Positions 39,264-49,270 of a stretch of 64,000 nucleotides of DNA are shown here, one piece after another (the first letter of the stretch is position 1; each line of letters begins with the position of its first letter). The notes under the pieces are model-generated. The model was given only the letters and a program-made list of their open reading frames with translations, was not told the origin of the DNA and made no database searches. Source of the DNA: a virus; the IMG/VR virus record IMGVR_UViG_3300046703_000100, positions 1 through 64,000 of that record; one strand, given 5' to 3'. Made by a program: the position numbers and the translations under genes.

Positions 39264-39542
39264 ATGATGGACGCTCTCTTTGTAATTGGTTTTTTATGTT
39301 TACTTTTAGTACCTTTTATTGTTTATAAACTTTGGTGGTGGGTTGGTACTCTTGCTATCATAGCAATTATATTAGGGTCTGGCGAAGGAATAAGTGCTTT
39401 AATTACTGGACGAACTTTAAGTCAAGAATTTTGGAAACTCTCGCAAGAAAATCAAATGGGTGCAATGATAATTACTATTTGTATTACGATTGCTTGGATA
39501 TTTTTACTTTGTCATCTCAATTGGAAAATAATGACTAAATAA
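39264..39542 (+). CDS. Small multi-TM membrane protein
   Basis: Three hydrophobic segments; SD GGAGG. Confidence 0.6.
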   Translation: MMDALFVIGFLCLLLVPFIVYKLWWWVGTLAIIAIILGSGEGISALITGRTLSQEFWKLSQENQMGAMIITICITIAWIFLLCHLNWKIMTK

Positions 39543-39553
39543 AGGAGAAATCA

Positions 39554-39877
39554 ATGGACAAAAACGAAGACCTTGTTACAGGAACGCCTGTTACTAAAAC
39601 TCCCTTAGCATTAAGAGCAGTGTTGGCTGTTCCTGAATATTGGAAAGAAATTTTTATATATTTCCAACGATTAATTATGGTTATTTTAACTGTCGCTGTA
39701 GTATTAAGTCTTTATAAAGCTTCAGAAGAAATTAAAGCCCTAAGAGTACAAACAACTCGTATTGCAAATATAGCTGAAAATGGTTGTAGAATAGCAGAAG
39801 AAACACGAACAGAAATTTATCGACAGATAGAAGAGATTCAAAGAGATGGTATTAAATTACATTTTCGTATTTTTTAA
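39554..39877 (+). CDS. Single-TM plus coiled-coil protein with N-terminal DLVTGTPV motif
   Basis: SD AAGGAG; TM LIMVILTVAVVLSLY. Confidence 0.65.
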   Translation: MDKNEDLVTGTPVTKTPLALRAVLAVPEYWKEIFIYFQRLIMVILTVAVVLSLYKASEEIKALRVQTTRIANIAENGCRIAEETRTEIYRQIEEIQRDGIKLHFRIF

Positions 39878-39897
39878 CTAACAAAAGGAGGTAGTAA

Positions 39898-40386
39898 ATG
39901 AAGTTTTTAGCAAATCTATGTACGAAATATATGACTCATTTGCAGAAGAAGGGTCAAAAGATTCAGAAACAAATACAAGATAAGAAGTTAGAAGAAGCTG
40001 GTAATCAATTAAAAGCATTATATGAATTTGTTAAATTTATTAATGAAAAATGCTTGTTAAAACGTCATGAACGTAAGACTTTTTGGAGAAACGTATCAGA
40101 AGGTCAGCCATTAGTTGAGAAAACTCTTTTAGATATGCTCCGAAAATATGGAGTAAAAGAAGAGAGTATTAAAGAGATAGAACAAGCGAAATATAGAGCA
40201 CAAAAACAGGCAGAAGCACAAGAAGTAGTAGCAAAAAGAGAAAAAGAAGAACAACAAAAAGTAAATGGGAAAATATGTGCTCCCGATTGTTCTGCTGAAT
40301 GTTCAGAATGTTATCATAAACCTGTAAAAAGTGAAGACACTCAGAGAGCAGAAGATTATAGAAACAATATGAATGGACAGATATAA
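39898..40386 (+). CDS. Hypothetical protein
   Basis: SD AAGGAGG; helical with a C-terminal Cys cluster. Confidence 0.6.
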   Translation: MKFLANLCTKYMTHLQKKGQKIQKQIQDKKLEEAGNQLKALYEFVKFINEKCLLKRHERKTFWRNVSEGQPLVEKTLLDMLRKYGVKEESIKEIEQAKYRAQKQAEAQEVVAKREKEEQQKVNGKICAPDCSAECSECYHKPVKSEDTQRAEDYRNNMNGQI

Positions 40387-40549
40387 ATAATGTTACATAA
40401 TCTTTTAATTGCTGTTTATAGTGGAACTCTTACTGGAATATTGATTGTCTTTCTTTTAATACCGATAGCGTTCTTATTAGGGCTTAATTGCCCTTTAACA
40501 TTATCGAATTTTAGAAAGATATGGTACATTATATTTGTAGGATATAAAC

Positions 40550-42334
40550 ATGACAAATAATCTTGAATATTGCGAACATTGTAATAAAGAAACTTCATTT
40601 CAATATATCCAACATATTAAAGGATATACGATTAAAAAATGTTTAGATTGTTATACTATTACTAAAATAGAATCTAATTCAGAAGAGATTGATTCTAATA
40701 AAATTTTATTAAGTATAATAATTCCTTCTTATAAAAGACCTGAATTATTAAAATGGGGATTGTATTCTTTAAGTCAACAGATAACTACTTTTCCATTTGA
40801 AATAATAGTTTTAAATGACGGTATTAAGGACGAGACTGAAAATATATGTAACTCTTATCAAGATAAATTAAATATTCGATATATTTATATTGGACATCGT
40901 AATGAAAAAGAAGACCATTGGAGAATTCCAGGATATGCTATAAATATTGGAGTTAAACAATCATTAGGAGAAAATATAATTTTGTCATGTCCTGAAATTT
41001 TTATCATGGATAATTGTTTACAAGAAATTATAAATTTACTTTCTAAAAATAAAAAATTATTGATAAATACTAACGGATTTCATGAAAAAAGAGATAATTA
41101 TATTAATCAATTAAAAACAACTGGAAAAATAAATTTAGATTTATCTACTATGACATCTTTAGATACTGAATTACCTTTTTTTATAGCAATGAATAAAGAA
41201 GAATTTATTAATATTGGAGGATACGATGAAGATTTTATTGGTTATTGTTGGGATGATAATGATATAATAAGTAGATTAAAATTAAATAAATGCACTTTTC
41301 TAAAACTTAATAAAACAATTATTCATTTATGGCATGATAAATTAAATTATAACAATCCTAAAATTATGGACATGTGGCGTTATAATAAGAATTTATACGA
41401 TACTCGAAGAAATATGATTATAAGAAATGAAAGTAAAGAATGGGGAGTATTAAAAGTTCCTCCGCCAGAAGATATTTGGGTTTTAAAGAATATACCAAAA
41501 ATCGCTCATTTTTATTGGGGTCATCCTTATATTTCTTATTTAAATTATTTATCAATTTATACTTTTCAAAAATATAATCCAGATTGGGATATTAGACTTT
41601 ATTATCCTAAAAAAGCATTTTTAGAACAAACATGGAAAGACCCAAATCAAAAATTTACTTTTAAAGGTAAAGATTATTGTTCTGAACTCAAAAAACTTCC
41701 AATAAAATTTATAGAATTTGATATGAAAAGTATTGAAATAAGTAACGATATTGCAGAAGTATTTAAATCTGAATATTTAAAAAATTATCTATTAAGTACA
41801 ATAGGCGGTTTATGGTCAGATATGGATATTCTATATTTTAAACCAATGAATAAAATTAACGTTAATATAAAATATAATGAAGATATTACAAATGTAGTAT
41901 CAATTGATACTAAATATACTAATAAATGGTTTCATTCAATAGGCTTTTTATTATCCTCTCCTAATAACGAATATCATGATTTCTTTTTTAAAGAAGGAAA
42001 AAAACAATTTGACCCTACAAGTTATCAAAGTCTTGGAGCAGTATTATTTAATAAGATTTGTCCAAGTATAATATCTATTCATGCTAAATTTCCTAATACT
42101 AAAGCAGTTAATATGTCTTATGATACCGTTTATGCTTATGGTTATATTAATAGACGATGGGGTTTAATATATAATAGTAATAATACTGTATATTATACAA
42201 ATGAATCAATTGGTTGTCATTGGTATGGAGGATGGAAAGAAGCGGAAAAATATATAAACGAAGTAAATGATACTAATTATAAAAAATATAATAATGTATT
42301 ATGTAAAACAATTAGGATGGCATTAAATGACTAA
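40550..42334 (+). CDS. Two-domain glycosyltransferase (Zn ribbon, GT2, DxD/GT32-like)
   Basis: SIIIPSYKR, VLNDG, GGYDEDFIGY..DDND; second domain IPKIAHFYW, GGLWSDMD. Confidence 0.85.
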   Translation: MTNNLEYCEHCNKETSFQYIQHIKGYTIKKCLDCYTITKIESNSEEIDSNKILLSIIIPSYKRPELLKWGLYSLSQQITTFPFEIIVLNDGIKDETENICNSYQDKLNIRYIYIGHRNEKEDHWRIPGYAINIGVKQSLGENIILSCPEIFIMDNCLQEIINLLSKNKKLLINTNGFHEKRDNYINQLKTTGKINLDLSTMTSLDTELPFFIAMNKEEFINIGGYDEDFIGYCWDDNDIISRLKLNKCTFLKLNKTIIHLWHDKLNYNNPKIMDMWRYNKNLYDTRRNMIIRNESKEWGVLKVPPPEDIWVLKNIPKIAHFYWGHPYISYLNYLSIYTFQKYNPDWDIRLYYPKKAFLEQTWKDPNQKFTFKGKDYCSELKKLPIKFIEFDMKSIEISNDIAEVFKSEYLKNYLLSTIGGLWSDMDILYFKPMNKINVNIKYNEDITNVVSIDTKYTNKWFHSIGFLLSSPNNEYHDFFFKEGKKQFDPTSYQSLGAVLFNKICPSIISIHAKFPNTKAVNMSYDTVYAYGYINRRWGLIYNSNNTVYYTNESIGCHWYGGWKEAEKYINEVNDTNYKKYNNVLCKTIRMALND

Positions 42335-43406
42335 AATAATGACAATTTGCGGAACTAGACCCGAAATAATACGTCTTTCTTGTATTATTCCTAAATTAGA
42401 CAAGATATGTGAACATATATTAGTCTATACCGGACAAAATTTTAATACTCGTTTAAAAGATATATTTTTTCAAGATTTAGGAATACGTACTCCTAATTAT
42501 GATTTAGGTGCTATGGGATGTTTTGGAGAACAAATAGGTGTAATGTTCACTAAACTTGAATGTATATTAAAGACTGAACATCCTGATAAAGTTCTCATTC
42601 TTGGTGATACAAACAGTGCATTATGTTGCATTGTCGCTGAGAGATTGGGTATTCCGGTTTATCATATGGAAGCAGGAAATAGATGCGGAGATAAAATTGC
42701 AGAAGAGATTAACAGAAAAATAGTAGATAATACCTGTACAATTAATCTACCGTATACTAAAAGAAGCAGAGATAATCTTATTAATGAAGGGTTCGATTTA
42801 AAACGAATATTTGTTACTGGTAATCCAATCAAAGAAGTAATAGAATTTTATCAAAATCAAATAATTGATAGTACAATATTAACAACTTTAAATTTAAAAC
42901 ATGAAAATTATATATTAGCAACGCTCCACCGTAGTGAAAACGTCGATGATTTAAAACGATTAACTGATATAATATCTGCTTATAATCAAATTTCAGTTAC
43001 AACTGGTAAAGAAATTATTGTATCTACACATCCTCGAACACAAAGTAAATTATCGCAATTAATGATAACTATTTATGATAAAGTAAGATTCTTACCTGCT
43101 TTTGGATTTTTTGATTTTATTAGATTAGAAAAAAGTGCTTCATGTTTATTGACAGATTCTGGTACTTGTCAGGAAGAAGCAGGACTACTTCATATTTCTT
43201 GTGTAGTTACTCGCAGAGCAACTGAAAGAACAGAATTAATAGAATGTGGAGCAAGTATATTAGGAGGTATTGAATTTTCATCTATTTTAGAATCTTATCA
43301 ATATGCTAGTAAAATAGACAGAAATTGGGAATTACCGAAAGAATATTTAGACCTTAATGTTTCTAATAAAGTAATTTCAATATTAATGGGAGAAATCAAT
43401 GTTTAA
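42327..43406 (+). CDS. Non-hydrolysing UDP-HexNAc 2-epimerase (FnlC/WbjD/QnlB type)
   Basis: GTRPEIIRL, LGDTNS, HMEAGNRC, EEINR, HRSENVD, TDSGTCQEE. Confidence 0.9.
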   Translation: MTKIMTICGTRPEIIRLSCIIPKLDKICEHILVYTGQNFNTRLKDIFFQDLGIRTPNYDLGAMGCFGEQIGVMFTKLECILKTEHPDKVLILGDTNSALCCIVAERLGIPVYHMEAGNRCGDKIAEEINRKIVDNTCTINLPYTKRSRDNLINEGFDLKRIFVTGNPIKEVIEFYQNQIIDSTILTTLNLKHENYILATLHRSENVDDLKRLTDIISAYNQISVTTGKEIIVSTHPRTQSKLSQLMITIYDKVRFLPAFGFFDFIRLEKSASCLLTDSGTCQEEAGLLHISCVVTRRATERTELIECGASILGGIEFSSILESYQYASKIDRNWELPKEYLDLNVSNKVISILMGEINV

Positions 43407-44361
43407 AGACAAAATTATAACAATTTCGGGGGGTACAGGTTCTTGGGGAAATGAATTAACAACTCAGTTATTAACTTATAATCCGAAAGAAATACGAATA
43501 TATTCAAGAGGAGAATTTGCTCAAGTTACGATGCAGAGAAAGTTCAATAATCCTAAATTAAAATTTATTATCGGTGATGTAAGGGATTTCGGAGCTTTAA
43601 AAAAAGCAACAAAAAATGTAAATTATCTTTTTCATTTAGCAAGCTTAAAACATGTGCCGATTTGTGAATTACAACCTGATGAAGCTATTAAAACTAATAT
43701 TATCGGTATTCAAAATATAATCGAATGTGCAATAGAAAATAATATTCAAAAAGTAATAGATGTATCAACTGATAAAGCTTGTAATCCTTTCTGTTTTTAT
43801 GGTATGACAAAAGCTGTTGGAGAAAAACTTACACAAGAAGCTTCAAGACAAACGACTAATACTCAATTTTTAGTTATTAGAGGAGGCAATGCTCTTGGTT
43901 CAAGCGGAAGCGTTTTAGGATATTTTATTGACCAAATTAAACGGTATAATAAGATTACAATTACAGATATTGAAATGACCAGATATTTTATTACTTTACA
44001 AGAAGCAATCAAACTTCTTTTTGTTTCAATAGCAAGTGAATATTCTGGTAGTATCTTGGTTATGAAAATGCCAGCTTGTAAAATTATAGATTTAGCAAGG
44101 GTGTTAATTCAAGAATACGGAAATACATATACAAAGATAGAAATAATTGGAGTTCGTCCTGGAGAAAAACTTCATGAATCTCTTGTTTCTACTTATGAAT
44201 CAGTTAATTGTTATGAATATAATAAAGATTATTATCTTGTTTATCCTTATGGTAAACTTGATTTACCTAAAGTTGAATTTAAAGAATATTCTTCTAATGA
44301 CAAACTTATGAACACAGGTGAAATAATGAATATGTTAAAAAAAGGTGGATTTATAAAATGA
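43399..44361 (+). CDS. UDP-GlcNAc 4,6-dehydratase (FnlA/WbjB/PseB type)
   Basis: GGTGSWG, IGDVRD, LKHVPICE, STDKA, YGMTKA, RPGEKLHE. Confidence 0.92.
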   Translation: MFKDKIITISGGTGSWGNELTTQLLTYNPKEIRIYSRGEFAQVTMQRKFNNPKLKFIIGDVRDFGALKKATKNVNYLFHLASLKHVPICELQPDEAIKTNIIGIQNIIECAIENNIQKVIDVSTDKACNPFCFYGMTKAVGEKLTQEASRQTTNTQFLVIRGGNALGSSGSVLGYFIDQIKRYNKITITDIEMTRYFITLQEAIKLLFVSIASEYSGSILVMKMPACKIIDLARVLIQEYGNTYTKIEIIGVRPGEKLHESLVSTYESVNCYEYNKDYYLVYPYGKLDLPKVEFKEYSSNDKLMNTGEIMNMLKKGGFIK

Positions 44362-45212
44362 AAAAAATTCTTATCTTAGGTTCAAATGGAATGGCAGGTC
44401 ATTGTATTTATAATTATTTAAAATCTTTAAATAAATACGATATTTACGCCACTCGCCAAAAAGATAGTGATGAATCTCAACATATTTATGCTTGTAATGT
44501 TAAATCACAATTATATTTCTTAGAACCTTTAATAAAACGTATTCAACCAGATATTATAATTAATTGTATTGGGATACTTGTTAAAGCCAGTGAAGATAAC
44601 TCTGAAACTGCTATTTTCATTAATGCGTATTTTCCTCATTGGCTTGAAAAAATAACTAAAAATACTCAAACAAAAATTATTCATTTGAGTACTGATTGTG
44701 TTTTTGATGGTAAAAAAGGTAATTATCTTGATACTGATATACCTGATGGGATAGGATTTTATGCTCGTAGTAAAGCATTGGGAGAGATTATCAATAAGAA
44801 GGATTTAACCCTTAGAATGAGCATTATAGGCAAAGAACTTAAAATTGATGGCACAGGGCTATTTGAGTGGTGTTTGAGGCAAGAAGGAGTCATTTCGGGC
44901 TATTCTAAGGCATATTTTAATGGGATTTCGACCTTAGAATTGGTAAAAGCGATAGATAAACTTATAGAGTCGAATATAATAGGTCTTTATCAATTAGCTC
45001 CTAATTATAAAATAAATAAATATCATTTGTTACAATTATTACAAAAAATTTGGAATAAACAAAATATAACTATTCATCCCGATTCAAGTTTAGACCAAGA
45101 CAAAACTTTAATAAATAGCGAACCCCCAATACCTAATTATATTATGCCTTCTTCTTATGAAATAATGCTTAAAGAATATAAGGAATATTTAGATGCAAAC
45201 GAATCTAACTGA
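44358..45212 (+). CDS. RmlD-like NDP-4-keto-6-deoxysugar reductase (QnlA/WbvR type)
   Basis: LGSNGMAGH, INCIG, HLSTDCVFDG, YARSKALGE. Confidence 0.88.
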   Translation: MKKILILGSNGMAGHCIYNYLKSLNKYDIYATRQKDSDESQHIYACNVKSQLYFLEPLIKRIQPDIIINCIGILVKASEDNSETAIFINAYFPHWLEKITKNTQTKIIHLSTDCVFDGKKGNYLDTDIPDGIGFYARSKALGEIINKKDLTLRMSIIGKELKIDGTGLFEWCLRQEGVISGYSKAYFNGISTLELVKAIDKLIESNIIGLYQLAPNYKINKYHLLQLLQKIWNKQNITIHPDSSLDQDKTLINSEPPIPNYIMPSSYEIMLKEYKEYLDANESN

Positions 45213-45747
45213 AATACAAAATTATCTTAAAGATAAACAAATTTGTCTATTAGGTAATGCTCGGTCTATTTTAAATAATCCTAAAGATATAGATAAATAT
45301 GAAATTATAATTAGAATGAATAGAGGAATACCTAAAGGTAAAGAAAAATATATAGGTAGTAGAACAGATGTTTTATGTACTTCTACTAAAAATACTCTTT
45401 ACGAAATTCATCAATTTAATCCAATGTTTATAATTTGGATGACAAAAGACCAAAATTTAAAAAATCCTATGATAGATTATTATATTCAAAATCCTCCTGA
45501 AGATTGGCAAGAATTAAAAGACAGTTATCCTGATAAATATTTACCTTCTACTGGATGTATTGTTATTAATTTTTTATTAAAACATGTTGAATTTAAATCT
45601 TTAACTCTTATGGGTTACGATTTTTTCTGTACAGGAACGTTTTACCACAATTTAAAAAATCAGTCGTGGCATCCTGCCGAATTTGAAGAATATTTTATTA
45701 AAGATATGATATTTCCTTATAAAAATGTGGAGTTAATAATCAAATGA
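45193..45747 (+). CDS. GT29 (sialyltransferase-like) family protein
   Basis: ICLLGNA, IDKYEIIIRMN, GSRTD, PSTG, GYDFF, H...E. Confidence 0.75.
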   Translation: MQTNLTEIQNYLKDKQICLLGNARSILNNPKDIDKYEIIIRMNRGIPKGKEKYIGSRTDVLCTSTKNTLYEIHQFNPMFIIWMTKDQNLKNPMIDYYIQNPPEDWQELKDSYPDKYLPSTGCIVINFLLKHVEFKSLTLMGYDFFCTGTFYHNLKNQSWHPAEFEEYFIKDMIFPYKNVELIIK

Positions 45748-46340
45748 TAATAGTTTCCTTCGCCACAAAAAATACGCCCTATGAAGGCGTGATAAAAGAA
45801 TTTTTGTTATCTTCTTTGGAACAACTGAAACTTTCTTACGATATTGCTTATCCAGAAGATAGAGGTTCTTGGCAATTAAATACTCAATGGAAACCTACTA
45901 TAATTAAAGAAATGCTTCTTAAACATAAAGAAGCTATTACTTATATAGATTCAGATGCTACTATAATGCTTTATCCTGAATTATTATATAAATTACAAAA
46001 GTATGATATTGGGGTACATTATTTTGATTGGTATTATTTCTGGAAAAATATAGAAGGAAATCCTAAACGAGAAATTTTAGGAGGAACTTTATATTTTAAT
46101 TATAACGATAAGACATTAGCATTTGTAGATGAATGGATAAAAGTAACTAAAGAAAAAAGTTATAATGACCAACAAAGTTTAAATGAGTTAGTTCCAAAAT
46201 GTAACCAACTGAAAATTTATTCGTTACCAATAGAATATTGTGCGATTTGTAAAAGTACAAAAGTTCCTGATTGGCTTATTAATCCAGTAATCGTACATCA
46301 TCAGTGTTCCAGAAAATACAAAGGATGGAGAAAGAAATGA
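45744..46340 (+). CDS. Nucleotide-diphospho-sugar transferase (GT-A fold)
   Basis: WKP, YIDSDA, GGTLYF, NDQQSL, HHQCSR. Confidence 0.75.
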   Translation: MIIVSFATKNTPYEGVIKEFLLSSLEQLKLSYDIAYPEDRGSWQLNTQWKPTIIKEMLLKHKEAITYIDSDATIMLYPELLYKLQKYDIGVHYFDWYYFWKNIEGNPKREILGGTLYFNYNDKTLAFVDEWIKVTKEKSYNDQQSLNELVPKCNQLKIYSLPIEYCAICKSTKVPDWLINPVIVHHQCSRKYKGWRKK

Positions 46341-47029
46341 ATAAACCTTCTCAAATCGTAATTGTAGGCGGAGGGTCAAGTATTTCTGAAGGCATTAACT
46401 TAGGACTTTGGGAAAAACTTAAAGAAAAATTTACTTTTGGTATTAATTATTCCTACAAATACTTTAATGCCACTGCACAATTATATTGCGACAATTCGTT
46501 CTATAATAATGAATCTCCTAAAATGACTAATATACCTCTTATTATAGGAACAACTTATCAGGTAAAACAAAGAATAAATAATTCTATTCATCTTACCGCT
46601 ACAAATAAATATTCTAGAGACCTTTCTAATGGAGTATATTCACCACGTTTAACAGGTATGTTCGCTTTAACATTAGCGATATATTTATTAAATGTTGGAG
46701 AAATATTTCTTTTAGGTTATGATAATGGCAATATTACCGAAGAAAAAGATGATAAAGGACGAGCGATAACACATTTCTACCAAAAAGAATTGATTCATGG
46801 AGGCAGTGGAAAAATTTATTACTATAACAGGAAATCCGCAGAAGAGACCGATTATGGAGTATATAAACAAGAAAAAAACGTTAAAATTTTTAACGTTTCT
46901 TTAAATAGTAAATTAAATATATTTCCTAAAATATCTTATGAAGAATTTTTTAAACAATTAAATAACGAAACTTATGACCAAAATCTTTTAAGACAAGAAA
47001 TTTTATCAAAATTAAAAGGTAAATATTAA
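46337..47029 (+). CDS. Maf/DUF115-like (GT29-related fold) protein
   Basis: IVIVGGGSS, FGIN, TGMFAL.LA, IFLLGYD, HFY, IFNVS..S. Confidence 0.65.
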   Translation: MNKPSQIVIVGGGSSISEGINLGLWEKLKEKFTFGINYSYKYFNATAQLYCDNSFYNNESPKMTNIPLIIGTTYQVKQRINNSIHLTATNKYSRDLSNGVYSPRLTGMFALTLAIYLLNVGEIFLLGYDNGNITEEKDDKGRAITHFYQKELIHGGSGKIYYYNRKSAEETDYGVYKQEKNVKIFNVSLNSKLNIFPKISYEEFFKQLNNETYDQNLLRQEILSKLKGKY

Positions 47030-47536
47030 ATGAAAGATACTAATACCTCTAATACTTTTTGGGGTTCAATTATTGCAGGATTTTTAGGTGCATTAGGAGG
47101 TGCTGAAAATTCTAATAAAAACTTTCGAAGAATTGGATTACCTCTATTTCTTGCTGGTATCGCTTGGCAACAATTTCATAATTGGTATATTTTTAGTATC
47201 TTCTTAATGATTCCTATATTATGTATAGGATATGGGTTAAACTCTCTATTATATAGGGTATTTTATGCCTTATTTGGTCATAATGGCCTATTAGCCGATA
47301 TATTTACAAGAAGTACGTTAGGATGTCTTCTTTCTTGTACTTTAGCTCCTATAGCCCTTATAACACAAAATTACCTACTGTTTATAGTAGGTATGTTAAC
47401 GATTATTTTAGTTTTTGGGTCGTTAAGTTGGAGAGATTTAGGTAGTTTTAAATTTCAAGGAAAACAATTGATTTGGTCAGAATTCATCCCTTATGCTAGT
47501 ATAGGAATTGTTTCTCTAATTTTAATCTATTTTTAG
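47030..47536 (+). CDS. Multi-TM membrane protein
   Basis: 5-6 hydrophobic segments. Confidence 0.65.
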   Translation: MKDTNTSNTFWGSIIAGFLGALGGAENSNKNFRRIGLPLFLAGIAWQQFHNWYIFSIFLMIPILCIGYGLNSLLYRVFYALFGHNGLLADIFTRSTLGCLLSCTLAPIALITQNYLLFIVGMLTIILVFGSLSWRDLGSFKFQGKQLIWSEFIPYASIGIVSLILIYF

Positions 47537-47554
47537 ATAAGTAGTTCTATTTAG

Positions 47555-48013
47555 TTAAACCTTAATAACTTTCCATTTCAACCATTTAATCTTTAGATTT
47601 AATTCCGCATCAAACCATCTGCTTTTAATTTGTTCAAAGATAGATTTGTGGATTAATCGCAATCCCGATTCAGTAATAAATATTTTATATTCTTCTTCAT
47701 GCCAAAATAAAGCATTATCTAACCGTTGAATATCTTCTGTCAACGGATTTTTTATTTGATTTACAAGTAAAATCCAATCGTAACCTTCTTGGGAGAATGT
47801 TCTCGCTCCTAATTGAATTATAAAAGATTTATTTCGTCTTGGATAAATACATACTGCTGGAATCTCTTTTAACCAAAGATTAGTTGCTGTTTTATCTTTT
47901 GAACCATTATCTATAAAAACATAAGGAACTTCTAATTTATCTAATTCATCGGCTAATCTTTCAACATTATTTTCTTCATTATAGACAGGAATTAAAACTG
48001 CAAATTTATCCAT
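47555..48013 (-). CDS. Short, degenerate GT2-like protein
   Basis: VLIPVYNEE, FIDNGSKDKT; DxD position reads NQI. Confidence 0.65.
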   Translation of the reverse strand: MDKFAVLIPVYNEENNVERLADELDKLEVPYVFIDNGSKDKTATNLWLKEIPAVCIYPRRNKSFIIQLGARTFSQEGYDWILLVNQIKNPLTEDIQRLDNALFWHEEEYKIFITESGLRLIHKSIFEQIKSRWFDAELNLKIKWLKWKVIKV

Positions 48014-48134
48014 ATGTACCCCTTATAGTTCATGAGTTACATTACGACCACGTTTACACCTATTAAAGTCTTCCGGTGTAATAAATTTATAATGAATTTT
48101 GTTAATGTAATAACCTTGTTTCATAAAATTCCTT

Positions 48135-49256
48135 TTAAGAAATAAAAGACATTTGACTTACTATTAATGTACCTGAACATACAAAACTTTCTGGAGAGAA
48201 ATCGGGGTGATTCCACTCGATAAATGGAGGAGGATTAAGACCTACAGTTGCTTTTGCTAAACAATGTACAGAAAATACTTTATCTAAAGCAGTTGGTACA
48301 CGACCCATAGAACTTGTAAAAAATGAATATATATTAGTACCAGATGGAGGCATAAAAAAGAAATTTGTAGTTCCATTGTTTATAAATGTAATATATTTTT
48401 CAAGTAGTCCACCAGAATTGGAAACACTATGATATAAAGTTAATGTTGGAGTAATTGGAATATAAGGAGTATAATTTTGAAAATATCTTAAATATACTAA
48501 AGTATAATATACAGTATCCGGGTCATACATTCCAATCCAGTAATGTGTTGCAGAAACGACTCCTGAAGCATTGCCAATGTATCTGCCTTTGGAAGTAACT
48601 GATGCAGAAGCATCTACAAAAGGTACATATACAGCAGAATCAGTTTTGTTTCCAAGTGTTACTTGAGCTGTTCCAGAATTGATACCAAGATATACATACA
48701 CTTGATGTCCTGCTGTGCAATCCATCATCGCTACATCTTGTGTTGTAAATTTTCTTAAATCTTCAATGTGCATATGTGTAATATTCCCCTGCCAAAGAGG
48801 AGAAGTTAAAGTTGGGTCTATCCAATCTAATTGATGAGGTTTTTGACGTTCTATTCCATCTACATCGTAATTCAGATATTGTTCCATAATTGCAGTACGC
48901 TCTATTGGAGTCGTACTTCCTGTAATACCTAAACCTTTTTCTATAGCATCTCTTAATTCTTTTATATGTATTTTATTAGGAATCCAAAAACTACCTGGTG
49001 CTCCTTCAACTGGAGTCCATCCAGCAATAGGTTTATTATCATCGTTGGCATCTTGTAATTCTTTTATATGTTTATTTTTAACAATTGTAAATCCTTGATA
49101 AAGATTTTTTGTAGGGTCTGTTTGAGGCACTAATAAACCAGAAATTTCATCATAAATAAACTTAGACCCACCTTTTACAAGTAGTGGGTCTTCTGTATAT
49201 TTTAAATCTGCAAATTTACTGAAACAATAAGGGCAAAGGTCTGAATTAAGAGACAT
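48135..49256 (-). CDS. Tail-associated protein, possibly receptor binding
   Basis: End of the tail operon; three HI.(E/D)L(R/Q) repeats then a beta-rich C-domain. Confidence 0.5.
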   Translation of the reverse strand: MSLNSDLCPYCFSKFADLKYTEDPLLVKGGSKFIYDEISGLLVPQTDPTKNLYQGFTIVKNKHIKELQDANDDNKPIAGWTPVEGAPGSFWIPNKIHIKELRDAIEKGLGITGSTTPIERTAIMEQYLNYDVDGIERQKPHQLDWIDPTLTSPLWQGNITHMHIEDLRKFTTQDVAMMDCTAGHQVYVYLGINSGTAQVTLGNKTDSAVYVPFVDASASVTSKGRYIGNASGVVSATHYWIGMYDPDTVYYTLVYLRYFQNYTPYIPITPTLTLYHSVSNSGGLLEKYITFINNGTTNFFFMPPSGTNIYSFFTSSMGRVPTALDKVFSVHCLAKATVGLNPPPFIEWNHPDFSPESFVCSGTLIVSQMSFIS

Positions 49257-49270
49257 AATTATTCCTTATT

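Noticed and set aside
40495-40530. Promoter for the glycosylation island (ATATGGTACATT)
   Set aside because: Extended -10-like only, with no matching -35; too weak to call
1397-40598. Many - strand ORFs of 60-170 aa in the track (e.g. 13901-14413, 23984-24352) and + strand ORFs within the tail region
   Set aside because: They are antisense shadows of well-supported genes, with no SD or motifs
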